From the NCBI RefSeq assembly GCF_000150275.1, contig NW_002060956.1:866280-930279 (forward strand): a stretch of 64,000 nt of DNA. The letters run 5' to 3'. The notes below the pieces were generated by a model. That model worked only from the letters and a program-made list of their open reading frames with translations, did not search any database and was not told the DNA's origin. This stretch comes from Trichoplax adhaerens. Its lineage: Eukaryota > Animalia > Placozoa. Within the stretch, counting starts at the first letter, position 1; each line of letters starts with the position of its first letter. This document shows, in pieces, positions 27,150-46,800 of this stretch. Position numbers and translations under genes: made by a program.

Positions 27150-28210
27150 TTGAATGGGATGATAACTACTGTACTGTATGTACAGTGTACTGTAGATTAA
27201 TGTAGACCGTACTGTACATCATTAGCGATTTGCTTTTGCAGGTTTTTGAAGTTTTAGGGATGGGATGATAGCTACTGTACACAGTGTACAATACAGTGTA
27301 GACTAACGTAGAGACCGTACATTATTATGTACAGTGTAGACTCATGTCGACCGTACCTCCTTATTAGCGATTTACTTTTGCAGGTTTTTGAAGTTTTTGG
27401 GATGGGATAATAACTAGTGTACAGTGTAGACTAATGTAGAGACCGTACCTTATTAGCGATTTGCTTTTGCAAGTTTTTGAAATTTTGGGGGATAGGATGA
27501 TAAGTGGTGTACAGTGTATATTAATGTAGAAACCGTACATTATTAGCGATTTGCTTTAGTAGGTTTTTGAAATTTTGGGAATGGGATGATAACTAGTGTA
27601 CGGTACAGTGTAAATTAATATAGAGACCGTACCTTATTAGCGATCTGCTTTTGTAGGTTTTTGAAATTTTTTTGGGGGGGGATGGGATGATAACTGGTGT
27701 ACAGTACAGTGTAGACTAATGTAGAGACCTTATTAGGGATTTGCTTTTGCAGGTTTTTGAAATTTGGGGGGGATGGGATGATAACTAGTGTGCAGTGTAG
27801 ACTAATGTAGAGACCTTATTAGGGATTTGCTTTTGCAGGTTTTTGAAATTTGGGGGGGGATGGGATGATAACTAGTGTGCAGTGTAGACTAATGTAGAGG
27901 CCTTATTAGGGATTTGCTTTTGCAGGTTTTTGAAATTTGGGGGGGATGGGATGATAACTAGTGTGCAGTGTAGACTAATGTAGAGGCCTTATTAGGGATT
28001 TGCTTTTGCAGGTTTTTGAAATTTGGGGGGGATGGGATGATAACTAGTGTGCAGTGTAGACTAATGTAGAGGCCTTATTAGGGATTTGCTTTTGCAGGTT
28101 TTTGAAATTTGGGGAGATGGGATGATAACTAGTGTACAATAGAGAGTCTGTAGACTAATGTAGACCTTGCATGATCATTATTATTATTATTAGCAATTTG
28201 CTTTGCAGGG
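27150..28210. repeat. Minisatellite, about 86-bp unit, about 11 copies
   Basis: Unit GGATGGGATGATAACTAGTGTGCAGTGTAGACTAATGTAGAGGCCTTATTAGGGATTTGCTTTTGCAGGTTTTTGAAATTTGGGG. Near-identical copies at 27771, 27858, 27944 and 28030; more diverged copies to the left. Confidence 0.95.
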
Positions 28211-29180
28211 TTCTAAAGAGTCTCGACAGAGAGGCGAAGTTAGTTGATTTTTACAGTTAGTAGAGTAGAGTACTGCACTATACGCGTCTTTCACCAAATT
28301 GCGACAGAGAAAATTTGGAGAATTTTTTCACTCTTGTACTGTTCTATAGTCATTCCACTGTCGTATCAGTAGTCTTTTTTTTGCATTACTAAAGCACGGT
28401 ACCGTTCCGTTCCGTGACAATGTAGTCGCCATGCGGTCTTGCATGTCTCTTGTCATGCTCAGAATGATGGCGTAAAATCATCTTTTTATCATAGTAAGTT
28501 GTACGTTTGCAATTTTGTACTATCTACTACAGTCAAAAGTACAGTGCTGTTACTGTATTGACACAGTGGATTTATTTCAATGACAGTATCTTTTCCAACA
28601 CTCCAAGTCAGCAATGGAATTCATAACGAGTGGCGGTAACCACAGACACATGGCTAATTGGCTATGCAAAGTGCTACCAGGCAACTAGGCAAGTATTAAA
28701 AGGCAAAAGTTAAGGTGGCAACCTTCAATACTACAACACGTGTACAGTAGAACAAAACTACAAATTACTATAGTGGCTTTACATAGCGCAACGACTACCA
28801 CTGATACTGCTTTCGGTATTGACGTAACAGATTAGGCATTTCAGAAATTTACTGCCACTAGCGCCAGCACAGCCAGCCACTTGAGCACATGCCTGTACAG
28901 TACCAGACAGGAGAGTACAGTCCCTAGCTACAGTACTTAGTACTGTCAAAGTTCACTTTTTTTTTCCGGTCATTTGCACAATGCACATGCACATTCGATA
29001 TGGTTACGCTAGTGTACTGTACGCGGGCACAAGTTTTGCCCTCACTGTGTAATGAGTCTACTGACTAGATTGAGTCAAACCATTCATTGTACATCCGTGC
29101 TTCAATCGAATTGCAAAAAATTTTTTCTTGCCTTCTTGAAATCGCTTTTCACTCACTAATGATCAGCAATCTCTGCTAAG

Positions 29181-35396
<6,216 letters not shown>

Positions 35397-37267
35397 AAAG
35401 TCATAAATCGTGATAATGTGTTAAGCCATGAAGTAAGGAGCAAGAGATGTTGGTAGAATTTGTATTAACAATGCTACCAAATTAAATGCACAGGTTAATA
35501 TTTGAATTTCACGTTAAGAAGAGTAGTATAATACTTTCTTAATAACGTTTAAGCTATTACACTACGAGTTGTTTGAACGTGGCTGCTATAAAGAAATTAC
35601 GGTACAGTATATAGATTTTTTAGCTCGTCCTTTTTTTGACTTTAGTAGTCTGACATTAGTGAGAATGTTAACATATAATAAAAAGCCATCAATCAATATT
35701 TGCATTATACTACCACCAATGATTGATGGTCAAAATTTGTCGGTTCTATACAATCGGTAAATTCGATAAATTTGACTTAGTGCCATGTATCATTGGAATA
35801 CTTTAATTTACAGTACAAACCAATATGGTTCTTTAATACTTACTATTATAATTATTAGCCGATAATGTTATCTTTGCTGTAACAACATCCAAACTACTAT
35901 GTTGAAAAGTTATGCGCTTATATACAAACGGCGATTAAAATTTTTATTATAACACAATGTAATCTGTTGTTGTTATGATGCCACTCTATGGTAGTAGTTT
36001 TTATGACCTCTTGAAGAATAGTAGTATGGTACTTTAATCTCTTTAAGATCAGAATAGTAAGGATGCGTTTATGGTCAAGGCGTTAAAAGTGCGCGGTATT
36101 TAACCGATGAAAGCTTAGATGACACAGCTGCCTTTATCGATTCGATATTTGATGTGCTTCTGATCAATTTTTGTTTTTAATGTCAACTGGAAATAATAAA
36201 CTACCAAGTCTTACCTATTAATTCATCGAGTTATATGATTACTTGTTGAAGTTACGAATGAAATGTAAGTTTAGGAAAAGTTTAAGCAACTTGGAGCTAG
36301 CATTCGCATACTAGATTGAGAAAGGGTCTAAAATCTCTATCAATTATGAGTAAACACTACAATGTCGACTTACAGTATAATACCATATCAGAGAATGGAT
36401 TGATCGCAAGTTAAGGAACGAATACAGTACTCCGATTTTCAGAAACGTATGTGTCAACACTGAACAGCCCCGCTGTTGAAAATCATCTGCAATTTGGTAA
36501 TTTTTGTACCATCCTGTCTGCGTTAGACGTTATTTACTATGTACTATAATATAATTTGTAATCGAACAACGAGGGTATACGTAGTCTCTCTACTCCATTG
36601 TAGGAGAGACTAGAAAAGTATTTTGCGTTAGATGTCTGTATTCGTATAGTAAAGCGTAAGTACAAGTACAAGGAGCTGAGTCGAAATGCTAAAACATCGG
36701 GTAGGGCAGGTCGGACAGCATCCTGTCCTATCTTACAATCTGCAACGCAAAAATACCTACAGTACAGACTACCTCAACTCCCAAGCTAGCTTGTTTTGTC
36801 CCCGTTCTCATTCTTCCATAAACTCTACAGATTGTAATCTAGAACTAGCCATTTAAATCAAAGCGAAATGATTTGATGACGGTTATAATAAGCAGTCTCG
36901 CTGCTTGTGGTACTGCGTCTTTAAATGTGAAATGGCTCCGTCTAGCATGGCACCGCAGGTCAGACAGACAGAACTGCTGTACCGTGGTGGTACCAAATTT
37001 ATCATTGAGAAGTCCCCGCTGTATTGCACTTGTATCATAACACGGACAGACAAGGAACTGGACTTTTCACCTACTGTATACTGTAGGTATAGCAAGCAGT
37101 GAGTCGTTGGCGACGTTGGTACAGTTGCTGTAGATTCGATTTTCACACGTAGCGTACTGTACAAAACAGTACAGTAAAGTCGGAGACAGTACTGTACAGT
37201 ATAGGTGATCCAGTGTATCCATCGAAGCCTGTTCAGTGGTCAGTGTCGCGCACTAGAAGAAGACAAG

Positions 37268-39053
37268 ATGGTGAGTTGGAGAGAGAGTAGTTTGCAAAAA
37301 ATATGGCGATTGACCAGTAGTGAGCAGTTGAATGCTGACATCGTATTCCATAAGAGTAATTGAAACTTGTCTCTCTGTTTGTAGGTCCAATTTGTATTAT
37401 TATTTAGCCGGCAAGGTAAGTTACGCTTGCAAAAGTGGTTCAATGCATCCACGCTGAAAGAGAAGAAAAGGACTGCTCGTGAATTGATTACCGCTATATT
37501 AGCTCGTAAACCCAAAATGTGTAACTTTTTGGAATGGAAAGATTTAAAAGTTGTTTATAAGCGGTAGGTAGATGAGTTGCACGTGAGTGATTGGTCGTTA
37601 GTTATTAGCAAGTAGATATACCATGGGTTAGGATGACTTCTTTCGTGTTGTAAAGTTCGGAAAAGACTTTCAATGCAATTTGTAAAAAAAATCCATTAGT
37701 ATCATTTACTCCTGTCGATTTTACTAGTAAAATACAATTACTACTTTTAAAATATACCTCAAATTATGTTGAAAATAAGTTTATATGATTGTGACTACTT
37801 TGATCGTTCAATTAGTGGTCAAGATATCGATTGCTATAGTTGTAATCGTCAATATGTGACTTCATTACGCCTATATTTACCAATCATGACAAACGATCGT
37901 TTTGGATGTCGTCATTTCTTCAATGATCGAAATGAACGAATATATATAGTCATCATGATCTTCCGATCATGTTGTGCTATGACTAATCGATTTCTACTAC
38001 AATACAGTCTATATGACATAGAAATCGATATGCAATTACGCGCCAATGTTATACATGCAATAAAGTCATATACTGTACAGTCGGCATAATTCATATGCTA
38101 GTCGACATTCCTTATTGATGGTTCAACATTTTAGAAGGCTGCTATCGCTGAATATGGACATCATTTTGATTATATTTTCATTTTGTACTTTTGGCGTAGT
38201 TATGCTAGCCTTTATTTTTGCTGTGCTATCGAAGAAAATGATAATGAACTGCTAACCTTAGAGCTCATTCATCGTTACGTAGAACTCTTGGATAAGTACT
38301 TTGGCAGCGTAAGTACATTTTACTTACTTATTCTATAAAGGACTGGAGTATCTTTCTGAAACACCGCTGAATTTCTCATATAATATACAGTACTATAAAA
38401 TCACTACAGTGTCGTTTATCAACTTAATTATATGGTGCCTGCACATTAGAGTGCAGTAGATGGTATAAGGCAGATTACCATGTTATACGCTATTGGACAA
38501 GTTTCACCAATAACTTTGAAATATATTTCTTCCTACATGATATGCGCAAGTGCTCGCCCTAATGTTCTTTTCCATTTTATACTTAAATTTTATATCATAG
38601 GTGTGCGAATTAGATATTATTTTTAACTTTGAAAAGGTAATGTAGCATTAATTATATCGAAATAGATTGATATCACCAGTATGATACTAAATCCAGCACT
38701 ATGCTAGGCTGGTTTCATGATAAACAATCTAACCGAAAAATAACTTTATGGATCTGATTTTAACATATTTTAATCGCTTTTTGAATTCGATTAGGCATAT
38801 TTCATATTAGACGAACTATTAATTGGTGGCGATATTCAGGAAACCAGTAAAAAAAATGTCTTAAAAGCTGTTTCAGCGCAGGACATGCTTCAAGAAGTAA
38901 TGAAATCGCAATAATATTGCTCACACATCTACTTAAATTATCATAGCTGTAGTTATAATTGCCTGTAGTCTTTACCTCACTCCACGTTCTATATCATTCA
39001 CGTAGGAAAATGAAACACGAAGTGCACTAGAAGAGCTCGGATTGCCATCTTAA
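37268..39053 (+). CDS. AP1S: AP-1 adaptor complex sigma (small) subunit
   Basis: First exon ends ATG|gtgag (37268-37270). Exons 37385-37563, 38200-38308, 38601-38636, 38795-38896 and 39006-39053 give [20 protein letters not shown]...[71 protein letters not shown]...[11 protein letters not shown]. Confidence 0.96.
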
Positions 39054-40843
39054 ATTAGTTTTGACTTTTATCGTACCTGTAAAGGCAATAAACGCACTGT
39101 ATGGTAACTGACAAAGTTATGACTTACGATTATTCTAATACAGTTATACTACTTATTTTGCATTGATTCGAGTCTCTATGCTACTGTCGGTATTATGATT
39201 TTTTCAATGTTCAAATTTGGATATTGTTATATCGCGATGTATGCATGTACTAATAATTATAATTTTTAGCTTTAAAAATTGTCCACTTAGTTAAAATTTA
39301 TTAGATCAATAGCTAGCTATGAATTCAGTGGCGTATCCTAGCATACAAACTTTAAAATGATGGTATATACAGTATAGTATCTGATATCATAGGAACTTCT
39401 ACTGTAATATTTGAAGCCCGTACTGTAGTGCTACTTTTCTTATACAAATTTATTTATAGTTTAAATGTAATACGGTGGTAAATGGATGGTTTACATTCAT
39501 AAATGATGAACTGTATAAATTATATTCTTGGAATGTTCTTCGCTTCTATTTAGATGTAAACTAAACATACGGTATTGTAATTTGCTCTGCTTATCCATTT
39601 TGCAAAAGATAAATTTATAGTAAATTAAAGAAGATTGTATGGTTGATATCAGTTTTTAAATAGTTTTAACTACTGTGAGTTATTTGCTTAGTAGATAATA
39701 TCTGATAATGAAGCGTATTAATTAAAAACAATGCTAAAATAAATTAATTAGGTACACCAATTTAGACACGGTATTGCTCTTTGAAATAAAATAACGTAAT
39801 CCTCATTATTGATATTGTATTAATTCACTACAACAAGCGTATAAGTAATTTAAAAGAACATTACCTTCAGATAGTTATCGATCATTTAAATTGCAACGGT
39901 ATCAGTTACCGCCGGTCAGACTTGCGTTTGCTTGACGATTAATAAATCACAATGGCAAATGTTCGATAGAGTAGGTAGGTTTAAATTCAAGAAAGCAAGT
40001 ATTTTCGCATGTTGCATTTTCAAGATGTAAGTCTTTCGATGGTACACGAACGAATGTAGCTAAAATAGATGTCAGTGTACACTGGACTATATACCAGTAA
40101 CGCGGCACTTCATGGATGTTGAAATAGTGATAACATAACGATTCTGTACTACTGGTAACAGAAAATTCGAATGACGCTTGGAGTAGAAAGAATGACGACA
40201 AATGTCAAAATAGTCGAAATTTACGGTTAATACTTTTACTTAATATATAACACCGATATAGCAGTTCTTCAATGGTTCCCGCACCCGAACTCGCTCGGCC
40301 AGCTCACGTTTCAAATACATATTTAATATATCAGTATTTGGCGCTAGTTTATTTCATATTATTAAAATATGGCGAACAGTATAAATCCACGATAAATTTG
40401 ATAGTATTACAGTATTACGTATACCCTTAAGCATATGCTGCTGCAGTTTATGATATCGTATTTACTTTGAAACATGCGCGTTCTTTACGAAATCTCAATT
40501 GGTTTCATTTTCTTAATCATGAGATCATGGTTAGGGGTGGGTGATAATTTACTTACAAAAGTCTCACAATTCAATATTAAAAATTCAGTCTAGTACCTAT
40601 TTCGACCAGGAAGCATTAATTACGGTAATTAACCCAAAATTGCCCAATACATAAATCACTACTGTACTCTGCTGATATGTCTAGTAAGCTAAATTAATCA
40701 CTTTATGAATTGTTAGAATGTCTACAAATTATTCTTTTATACATCGCTACTTTTTAGAAACTATCTACAAAAAGTTATCACAAATTAAATGAACTTAGAT
40801 ATATACACGAAATGTTGATACATTTGTACGAATTTCGTAGAAT

Positions 40844-43800
40844 TTAGGCAGCAGCAATTTTTCGTGGATCAATCACCACGGTTTTCGTCGCATTATCTGT
40901 CTTGTAAATTCCAATTAATCGATCAGCTAATTCAAACATATTGTTTCTTAAACTTATAATAATGAATTGTGCATTTTTCGTTCTCTCCTAGTTGTAAGTA
41001 AAATAAAATAAAATAAAACTATTAGAGGTTCAGATGTACAGTAGAGACACATGAAAACAATAGCCTTACTTTAATATAATTGGCAACAATTGAAACATTT
41101 TTGAAGTCTAGGGCTGCATCAATCTCATCCATTACATATAGAGGGCTGGGTTTAAAATGATGCAGAGCAAAAACCTATGTAAATTATGCAAAAAAGAATA
41201 CATATTTTAACAACAATTTTAAATTTCAGCAATTAAGACATTCACAGGTAGTGTAGCGTATGTAAAGCTGATACTTCAGATCTATAACTACAGTAAGAAT
41301 GTTTACTCATAAACAATTTATTGTATCGTACCAAAGCAAGTGAACTGAGAGTTTTTTCACCACCAGAAAGATTGGATATATTCTTCCAGCTTTTCTTTGG
41401 CGGCCGTACGCTAAATGCAATACCTTCGCTGAAAGGATCCAAACTGTCTACAAGTTCTAAATCCGCGTCACCTCCCAAAGTCAACATTTGGTACATTTCT
41501 TTTAATTTGCTGCTTATTATCTCAAAGCCGTGCATAAACATATCCAGTCTTTCTTTCTTCAATTGATCTAGTTCTCGGCGACGCTCATTACGTTGTTCAG
41601 TTATTTCGTCAAGTTCTGAAACGCGTGTCAAGTAAACTTCTTCCTGTGATATAAATTCAATAAAATGGATTTAGGTGTTGCCCATAATGGAGCTGCTTCC
41701 TTTACAGAAGCTAATTCAAACGCTACGAATCAATGAGACATTACTTTTCTAAAATATTCGGTTATTGCAGCCATGTTAGGTTTCATTTCTTGTAATCTTT
41801 CTTCTAAGACTGTAATCTGGTATTGTAAATTTACGGTATCTAAGCCTTTTAATTCGTCAATACTAATTTCTGGGAGAATATCTTGAGTATCATCGTCAAC
41901 TACTTCACCCTTGACAACACGGTTAAGTTTCATACTTTCCAGCTATACGAAAAAAAAGATGGTCGTAATAATCTAAGTAATCGCTGATAAAGTTTAAGCT
42001 AAACTGCGATCTAATATCTGGGTACTACGAATTTATTGCTTACCTGTTTCTTACAGCTTTTAATTTTTTGCTGGGCTTCTTTCAATTCGCCATTTAATTT
42101 CTCCAGCTCATGTTTTAATTCGATTTCTTTGTTCTTTGATTCATTCTCTTCGTCGTTTATGATTTTTGCTCCGTCAGTTAAAGTATCCAATTCCTTAACT
42201 TTTTCCTGGCGTTGTAAATCTAGCTCATTAAAACGATTGTTATTTTGAACCGCATCATCTTCTAACTTTTCCAGTTGAGCCATAACATCTTTCACGTGAT
42301 TAGTATTCTCTGTTAATTCTTTTTCCATTTTGTTAATGGCTTCACGACATTTATTTAAATTTCTAAATTTTTGACCATCAAGATTACACTTAGATAGGGC
42401 CCATCAGGATAAATTTAGATATGTAACTTTCTTACATACTTATCATTTGTTTTAATTGCAACTTTGGATTTCGTAATGGTAGCATTTGCTTGATCAATCT
42501 GATTGACGACTTTATCCAGTCGTTCCTGTAATAACGACATTAACATAAGTATGATATGACTTATTGCCGATAATCATAGTGCTTAACCGAAACTAAGTGC
42601 TAAATACTGTAGTATGCATACGAAAATAACCAACCTGCTGTACTTTCAGTTTAGTACCACCTATCTCCATAATTTGAGTATGCAAGCGTTTGACAATTTC
42701 TTCCACTTTTGAGGAACGTTTCTCTAGCTTTTCATATTCTTTAATATTATAGTTAATGGCATATTAATTGATTTTATTTGTAAAAAAATGGTTACATATG
42801 TTTACAATATTGCCGCCAAGTGACGGCTAGTCAGTCACTACAAACATACCGGCTTTTTTCTCTCGAAGGGCCGATTCAAGTTGACCTTGACGTTTAGAAT
42901 CGTCTTTGGTACGATGCTGAGCTAATTTTGCTTCTAGTTGCTTTAGTTGTTCAGACATTGTAGTCTGTTGCTCGCTTAAAGACTAAAATAGGAAAAGTTG
43001 AGAAAGTTTATTTAACGATAACTAGATTGATAATTTGATACCAGACTAACAGACTTTAATACGAGTAGCGGATATTACCTTGACTTCCATTTTACATTTT
43101 TCATATTCATATTCTAAAGTAGATATTTCTGTGGTAACTGCTTTTTCCGTTTCTTCAAGTTCTTTCCTGTCACGTTGCAATTTCTATGATGTAAGATAAA
43201 ATTTTAGTTTAATCTATAAATATTACAATCAACCGTTCATAAATTGACTGAAGCTACAATCGTAAAATGGACCTCGCTAATACTGATCCAGCTGTTATGG
43301 TCATTTTCTAGCTTTTTTAGATCTTGTGGAGATACTTCTTCATGTAGCTTAGATGACATCCTGCCTTTAATAACACGATTACCTCCACCGGACATAGTTC
43401 CTACGATGCGTATAGGTTATATGAAATGTAAGCGAATTTATTCGACAATAACGACAGTGTAGCTCAAAATTAAACGGAGTAATAATAGCTATCAGCCAAC
43501 CAACCTGACTGATCAATGAGGTGGCCAGCTAACGTTACTACGCGTTGTCGCTTATTACCCTAGATGAAGGTTTGTGAGAAATTAGTTAAAACGTAAATTT
43601 AAATCCCGCTTAAATTAATTATTTACCTTGAAAGCTATTCTAGTTGCTTGGTCTAAGTCATCGGCAACTAAAGTATCACGTAGGGCAAAGTAAAATGCAG
43701 TTAAGAATTTTTTGTCCGAAATGTTCACTAAATCGAATAGGCGAGGAACATTTTCTGGCCTAAACATGATTAAAAACATTTGCATTAATATTGGAAGCCT

Positions 43801-46800
43801 AATAAGGACGTAACTTAAAATGCTAAACTTACGTTGAAATTTTACTGGAAGCGGCTGGACGTAGTTTCTCAATCTAGAGAATTCATTATAAATTGTATTA
43901 GTACATTGTTAATTTTACAGGAATAAATAACAAAATCTAGTAGCTAATCACCTTGTCTAAAGCCAAGAGTGTTACCAGGCCGATACGTTTTTCTTTTAAT
44001 AGTTTAATACACGCTTGAGCAGTTTCCAAGGTATCGACAACAACATGATCTAGAGCTCCGCAAGCAGTACTTATTGCTACATCATACTTTTGGTTTATGC
44101 TGCCCAAATCACCCTTGATTTAAATATAGATTAAATGCTCGAATGTTGTACATACATTCAATTAATTACAAAAGAATTCATTTGTATTTTACAACACATC
44201 TTACCAATCTTCCATAAATTCCATTTATACGCCCTTCTTTCTTCTCTTTCAAAAGGGCGGTAAGAACTTCATTCCTAAAATGACGATATTATTTGAATTC
44301 TCTAATGTTAAAGATGTACCTTTATAAATTTGAGGCCAGTTGAGATATGCAGAAGTAAAAATTTCGATACAGACCTGCTTTTAGACGCTTGCATAGAGCC
44401 TCTCATTTCTTCAAGTTTACTTCTGCTACTGCGAAGCTGAGGATTATCGAAAAAGAGTAATTCGTATGAAATTAGACGTCAGAACATATAACATTGTCCA
44501 AAATTCTTCACAACGAACATCATTTAAAAATTGCGAAAAATAGCAACCTTTAGGGTATATGTATAATGAATCATTGTAAAAGTTTACTTACGTTGTTTTT
44601 AGTGTCAATTTCATTATTTTCGGTTTCTTTAAGTTTTTGTCTTACACTATTCAATTTTTCCTTCTTATTGGGGATACATTTTTCCATTTCTTTAATATCC
44701 CTAAGTTTTATAAATAATTTTAATCCAACTGACTCTTAATTCAAAAGCCAGTATTTAATATTTCATTACAGTATCAGGTTTTATTGATTACTTTTTTCTT
44801 GCAGCAATGTCTTTGATTGTATTTTCGTAATTTTCCTTGATTTGTTTTAAGTTGTTTTCTGTTTGCTTCTTAGCGCTTAGAAATATATCTAATTCGCTCT
44901 GAGCTACATCCATCTAATCATAGTAACGTAATATATTAAAATCTGATTGAATTAGAAAGCTTACTTCACGTCTTGCTTTATGATAAGAACTAATCTTACA
45001 TTAGATTTTGCTTCATATACAATTTTATTGAGTTCCAATAATTCCTTCTCTTTCCCCTAGAGCCAATAAAAAATTGGTGGTCTATTACTAATGTTACGTA
45101 TAATTCGAATGAGTAAGTTTAATTAGACTCAATAATGTGGAAAATTAATTGCATTACCTCTTTTTCAACTTGAAGATCCTGAGTTTCACTTTTAAGTCCT
45201 AGTATGTTAGAGTAGATTTCAGTGAAATGAAATTTTATGTATAACGCGTATACGATAGGTTTAAATATGGTGCAGTGCATAATTATTGTACCTTCAATGA
45301 TAACTTGCAGATTTTCTTCTTCTACCTTACGTTTAGTCTATCCAAGATATAGATAGTAATCTTCCTTAGTAATCCATTTATATATGTAATTACCTCTAGG
45401 GGATATTACAATTTAGTACGTGATTCATTACCTCAAGACCAGCAATCGCTTCTTCAGAACTTTGAATTTCTTTCTGGCATTTATCGGGGACTTTTAATAA
45501 CTCTTCCAGCTAATGTAGTATGATTATGGTATGGTAATAGAAATTAGAGATAATTTAGTATAAAACATTTAAAGCATATATTAACTAAATGATTTTTTTA
45601 ATCCAAATTCAAAATAGCAACCTTTTGCTTTTCTTTTTGTAAGGCTTTCTCGAACTTTTTATCTTTGGATTTTGAATGCTTAAGATCCTAATAAAGTGTC
45701 GCCATTTGTTAACATAAAAATAAATCTACGCGGCTACGGTTACTGCACAAAGTATATCATGGTTGAAAAATGTTCACCTCTCGTAACTTTACATCAAGCC
45801 GTTCTAATTCGGAATACTGATTTTTGCACTTTTCTAGTTCCGCAACGACTTGATCAAAATGTCTACCGATAACAACGAATACGTATGAACACTCTTACGT
45901 ATGCATATCTAACTTGCATAACGTCGATTGTTTATCTATTATAAATTGTTTAATTTTATCCAATGTCAACTTTATATTTAGTAAGTGCAGAAATAGGCAT
46001 CAATCAGGTCCAGCTTACTTTCTTTTCTTTTTTAGCTCTTTTTCAGCAGCTCTGGTCTTTTCTGTAATATGAATTGAATAGACATGCGAGTTACAGCTCT
46101 GTATAAATAAGTATTGGATAATGTTATATAATGCAACATTACAAACAGACCTCGATTTTGAGTGATACTCTCTTGCAGGCCCTGCAACTGATTCATAACT
46201 GCATCACGTTTTTCAAGGCCTTCGGTATTCTTTTCGGTAACTTCGTAGCTTTAAGAATATAGCACTTGACGTTAAGAACTTATTAGCTAAGGGGTGCTCT
46301 AAATTCGCCTTAAACGTTAGATACTGATACTGTATGCGTGTAGGTTCAAAAATACTGATTTCCTTACACATATTTCTGCAGCAGTTTATGCTTCAATTTC
46401 GTTTTATTATTTTCCATATCTATATATTCGCAGGCTTCATTCTTAATACCTTCCAAGTCATCTTTTTCTTTCTCAACTGCTTTCACACGGTTCAACTAGC
46501 CGTAATTATGAGTAATAGGATTAGTTAAAAGTGGGAAAAGTTTAATTAAATTTAACTGTTGAATTGATTTTGTAAGGGACATGGGTTGAAATAAATATAA
46601 CCGAATTATTAGTAATATACTTTTTCACTTCTGGCTTCATTCATGTCGTCGACATTCTTACTGCGTTCTTCGATAGTGTCCTTAAATTGACTGGAGCCAA
46701 TAATATCCTCTAGAAATTCCAGCATTCCTTCATCATGTTCTGTCTGAGCCTTTGGCTTCATTAACGCAATCTGTTCCACCTCTCCCTATAACAGGTAATT

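Noticed and set aside
40299-40312. 28S-antisense element as a C/D snoRNA guide
   Set aside because: Not followed by a D/D' box, and no C box nearby.
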